64,000 nucleotides of DNA from Cyanophora paradoxa CCMP329 (lineage: Eukaryota > Plantae > Glaucophyta): positions 292,772 through 356,771 of the forward strand of contig QPMI01000411.1 in assembly GCA_004431415.1 (NCBI GenBank), in the 5' to 3' direction. Position 1 is the first letter of the stretch. Each line of letters starts with the position of its first letter. A program made the translations under genes and the position numbers. The notes under the pieces were generated by a model. The model did not search any database and was not told the DNA's origin. It saw only the letters and a program-made list of their open reading frames with translations. Of the stretch, positions 60,966 to 64,000 are shown piece after piece.

Positions 60966-63637
60966 CTAGAGGCCCGGGAAGAGGGTGCCGTCGACGAGGA
61001 GCGGGCTGAGGCACTGGCCGCCCTCGGGCAGCGAGATGTCGACGGTCGGGAGCTCGAGGGGGGCCGGCGGGGCCGGGGCCGGGGCCGGCTCGGGGGCGGC
61101 CTTGGCGCGGAGGCGGGCCTCGGCGGAGGCGGCGAGGTAGCAGTGGAGGAAGACGTTCACGTCCTCCACCTGCACCCCCGCCCCGCCCCCCCGCCCCGCC
61201 CCCGACCCCTCCTCCCCCGACTCCTCCCCGCCCCCCACTCCCTTCGCAGCCGCGAAGGGGCCGGAAGCGGCGGCGGCGGGGCCGGCGGCGGCGGCGGCGG
61301 AGAGGCGCTGCTGGATGGGCCCGACGAGGAGCCGCCGCATCGCCGCCGTCGCCTCCTTGACTGCGGCGGGGTCAGCGGCGGGGCGGCGCGGGGGCGCGGG
61401 GCCGGCCGCACTCGAGGCGGATGGGTCGCGGTAGAGGAGCGAGCGCGCGGCGCGCAGCCGCGTCGCCGCCGCCGCGATCGCCGCGTGGTCGAAGCCCGGC
61501 ACGCGGTTCGCCAGCACGATCTGCGCCGCCTCAGGCGCGCCCCGGGGCCGGCGGGCCGGGCGGGGGCGGACCTCGGCCTGCTCGGCCCAGCGGGCGAGGG
61601 AGCGGAGCTTGCGCTGGGGCCAGCGGGTGATGCCGTGCGCGCGGCAGACCTGCTTGACCACCGCGGGGGCGATGCCCAGCCGCTTCGCCGCGTCCTGCGC
61701 CGGCGTCAGGCCGCGGGTGCGGGGGGGGCGGGGCGGGGCGGGGCGCGCGCCGCCATGGGGAGGTCGAAGAGGGCGACGAGAGAGTCGCGCGGGTGCGCCG
61801 CCGCCAGCCGCGCGATCGCCGCCTCCTCCCCTGCGCCCCGTCGGCCCCGGGACGGAGCGCCGTCGGGCGCCGGCGGGCGGCGCACCTCGGCGGCAGGCGG
61901 GGTCTGGAGGCGCGCGGCGGCGGCCGCGGCGGCCGCCCGCTCCGCCTCGAGGCGCGCCCGCAGGCGTGCCCGCTGCGCCGGCGTCAGATAAAGGAAGAAA
62001 AAGGAAGAAGAGGAAGGGGGTACCTGCTCGGCGGCGACCTTGCGGAGGAGCGGCTCGTCGGACTCGAACGGCAGCGGCGCGCGGCCTCCCCGCGGCGAGG
62101 CCGCCGCCGTGCCCGCGACCGCAGCGCGAGGAGTGCGAAGCGGAGGCCGGGCGAGTGTGGGCGGCAGCTCCAGAGAGAGGTTGACGGGAGCAGGGACGTG
62201 ATTATGGTCACGAACACTCAGCTGCGGCTGCGGGGCAGCGACGGGCCCGAAGCAGTCCGGGAGGGCGAGGGTGCGGAGGGCGCCGCCCTCGCCGTAGAAC
62301 GTCACAAAGTTGCACGCGGCGCCGGCGTCGAGGCACTGCGCCTGCCCGCGCGGCCCGTCCAGCGGCCCTGCGCTCCGCCCGTCGGCCCCGCGCCCGAGCC
62401 CGGCGCACGCGCGCGCGCGCACCCTCGTCGGCGTCGGCGGGGCGGGCGGGGCGGGGGCGGGGCGGAGGCGGCGCGGGGCTTGCAGAGCCAGGGGGCAGGA
62501 ACTTGCCGTCGCAGCCTGGGCGGGGCGGGGCGGTCAGCGGGGCGCGCTCCGAGGGGCGGGCGGGGCGGACCCTCGCGCTGGAGGCGCTCGAGGTAGGCGG
62601 CGTTGACAGAGCCCGAGAGGGCGAGCGCCCCGCCGCCCCGCCGCCCGTCCTGCGCACGAGGCGTCGGCCGGCGGCGGCGAGGGCGCGGGGCGCGGGGCGC
62701 GCACGGATGAGCCGCGCCGCTTGGCGGGCGAGGCGGCGGCCTCGAAATCGAGGTCGGCGTCGGGCAGGCTCCGCTTGCCCGGGACGGGCGTCGAGGCCTG
62801 CCGCCTCGGCGTGCTGGCGCCCGAGGCGGGGCCGGCGCGGGGCGAGGCCGCCACGTCACAGGCTGCCACGTCACAGAGCCGCCCCGGCAGGCTGTGCACG
62901 CTCTCCGAGCGCCGGATGCGCAGCCCCGCCAGGGTGCCCAGCACCGCCCCGCAGCTGCCCCCACCGGTACCATCAGCGGGGGCAGGAAGGGGGGTACAGT
63001 GGCGGGGGCGGACCTGTTGGCGCGATCGAGGTCCCCGAGCTGCGCGATCGGCACCCGCACAAACACGTACCCCGGCGGGGCTTTCGGGGATACAGCGCGT
63101 GAAACCTGCGCCCCGGTGCCGGTCGGACGCGGAAATGAGATTTTGCGACGAGAGGACTAATCCGGATCCGAAGGCACGAACCAGGGGCGAGGGGACCGGG
63201 GAGGGGTCCGAGGCGGGGGAGAAGGGGCCGGAGAGCGCGGCGGGGAGGCCGAGGGGGACTTCGATGTCGCAGGGCCGACGGCCCGCCGCCTCCTCCCGAG
63301 CGGCCGCGGGCGCCGGGTGGGCGGAGAAGTCGAAGGGGAAGGGGCCGGCGGGCTCGTCGGCCGGACTCGGAAGAGGGTGGCCATGGGCCGGCTCCTCGTC
63401 GGCGTCGAGGAAGAAGGCGCTGGGGGAGAGCATGGGGGAGCCCAGGGCCAGCGCCCCGAGCTCGCGCCCGTCCCCGCCCTCCGGCCCCGCCCCCGCCTCG
63501 TCGCCGCACGCGCCGGGGAGGAAGCTCCCGGCCGCCTCGCCGGCGAGCTCGAGGCGCAGGGCCGGCGAGTGGGCGAGGAACGGGTCGCTCAGGTCGAGCC
63601 CCAGGTCGAAGCCGCCGTGGCACACCGCCGCCTCCAT
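60966..63637 (-). CDS. RWP-RK transcription factor, copy B (inverted near-identical paralog of 38901-41552)
   Basis: Same N-terminus MEAAVCHGGFDLGLDLSDPF and RWPQRK domain; introns are also conserved; homology extends over ~60896-63733. Confidence 0.88.
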
Positions 63638-64000
63638 CGCTCCCGCGCGCGCTTCGCAGTCCCGCGCCGCCGAACGCCCTCTCGCCTACGCGGTCGCGCG
63701 CGGATTCCGATGACGGAAATTCGCCGGCGACCTTGGCCGGCGCGCCGATTGACAGGGCCTGGCTCCGCGGCGATGGCGTTGTGAGCGTACTCGTACGCGT
63801 TCTGCAGCTGCAGCTGCTGGCCAAGTTTGAAAGCCGAAGGAACCTTGCCTGCGCAGGCCGAAGTCTGAGACCTTGAGAACGAACTAAAGCTTGGAGCTTT
63901 TTCGGAAATGGATCGCCGCAGCTGCAGCTGCGCATGCAGGGGCTCCAATAACCGTTGAACGCGTACCGTAGTACGATGATACTACGGTCATCGGATGTCA

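Overview
GC-rich, intron-dense eukaryotic nuclear DNA, probably from an alga. Introns are mostly 55-110 nt with (CCCCG)n tracts, CTGAC/CTCAC branch points and many GC-AG boundaries. An MAF- transit peptide hints at a glaucophyte such as Cyanophora (inference). Most long ORFs in the six-frame track are GC-shadow artefacts, so genes were rebuilt by hand from exons. Genes, left to right: a secreted Thr/Cys-rich protein (partial), a TKL kinase, a hypothetical protein, a ~16.5-kb IPT/TIG + Cys-repeat multipass (CRMP-like) gene, a head-to-head pair of ABCG half-transporters, an ARID/F-box-like/Sel1-like protein, an RWP-RK factor present as two inverted copies ~20 kb apart, a hypothetical protein, a Kelch protein, a plastid-targeted DUF4239-like protein, an EF-hand coiled-coil protein and a multipass membrane protein. 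Main discovery: a ~4.0-kb transposase-less element (52909-56939) sits inside an intron of the membrane-protein gene, bounded by a 12-bp direct repeat (GCTCACCGTTGC). It encodes an apparently intact ~628-aa Fanzor2/TnpB-type RNA-guided nuclease split by ~11 spliceosomal introns. It carries two mutually inverted tandem arrays of TTGCGATTACGA, one at the left end and one inside the nuclease's last intron. A hairpin-rich candidate omegaRNA lies at the right end.
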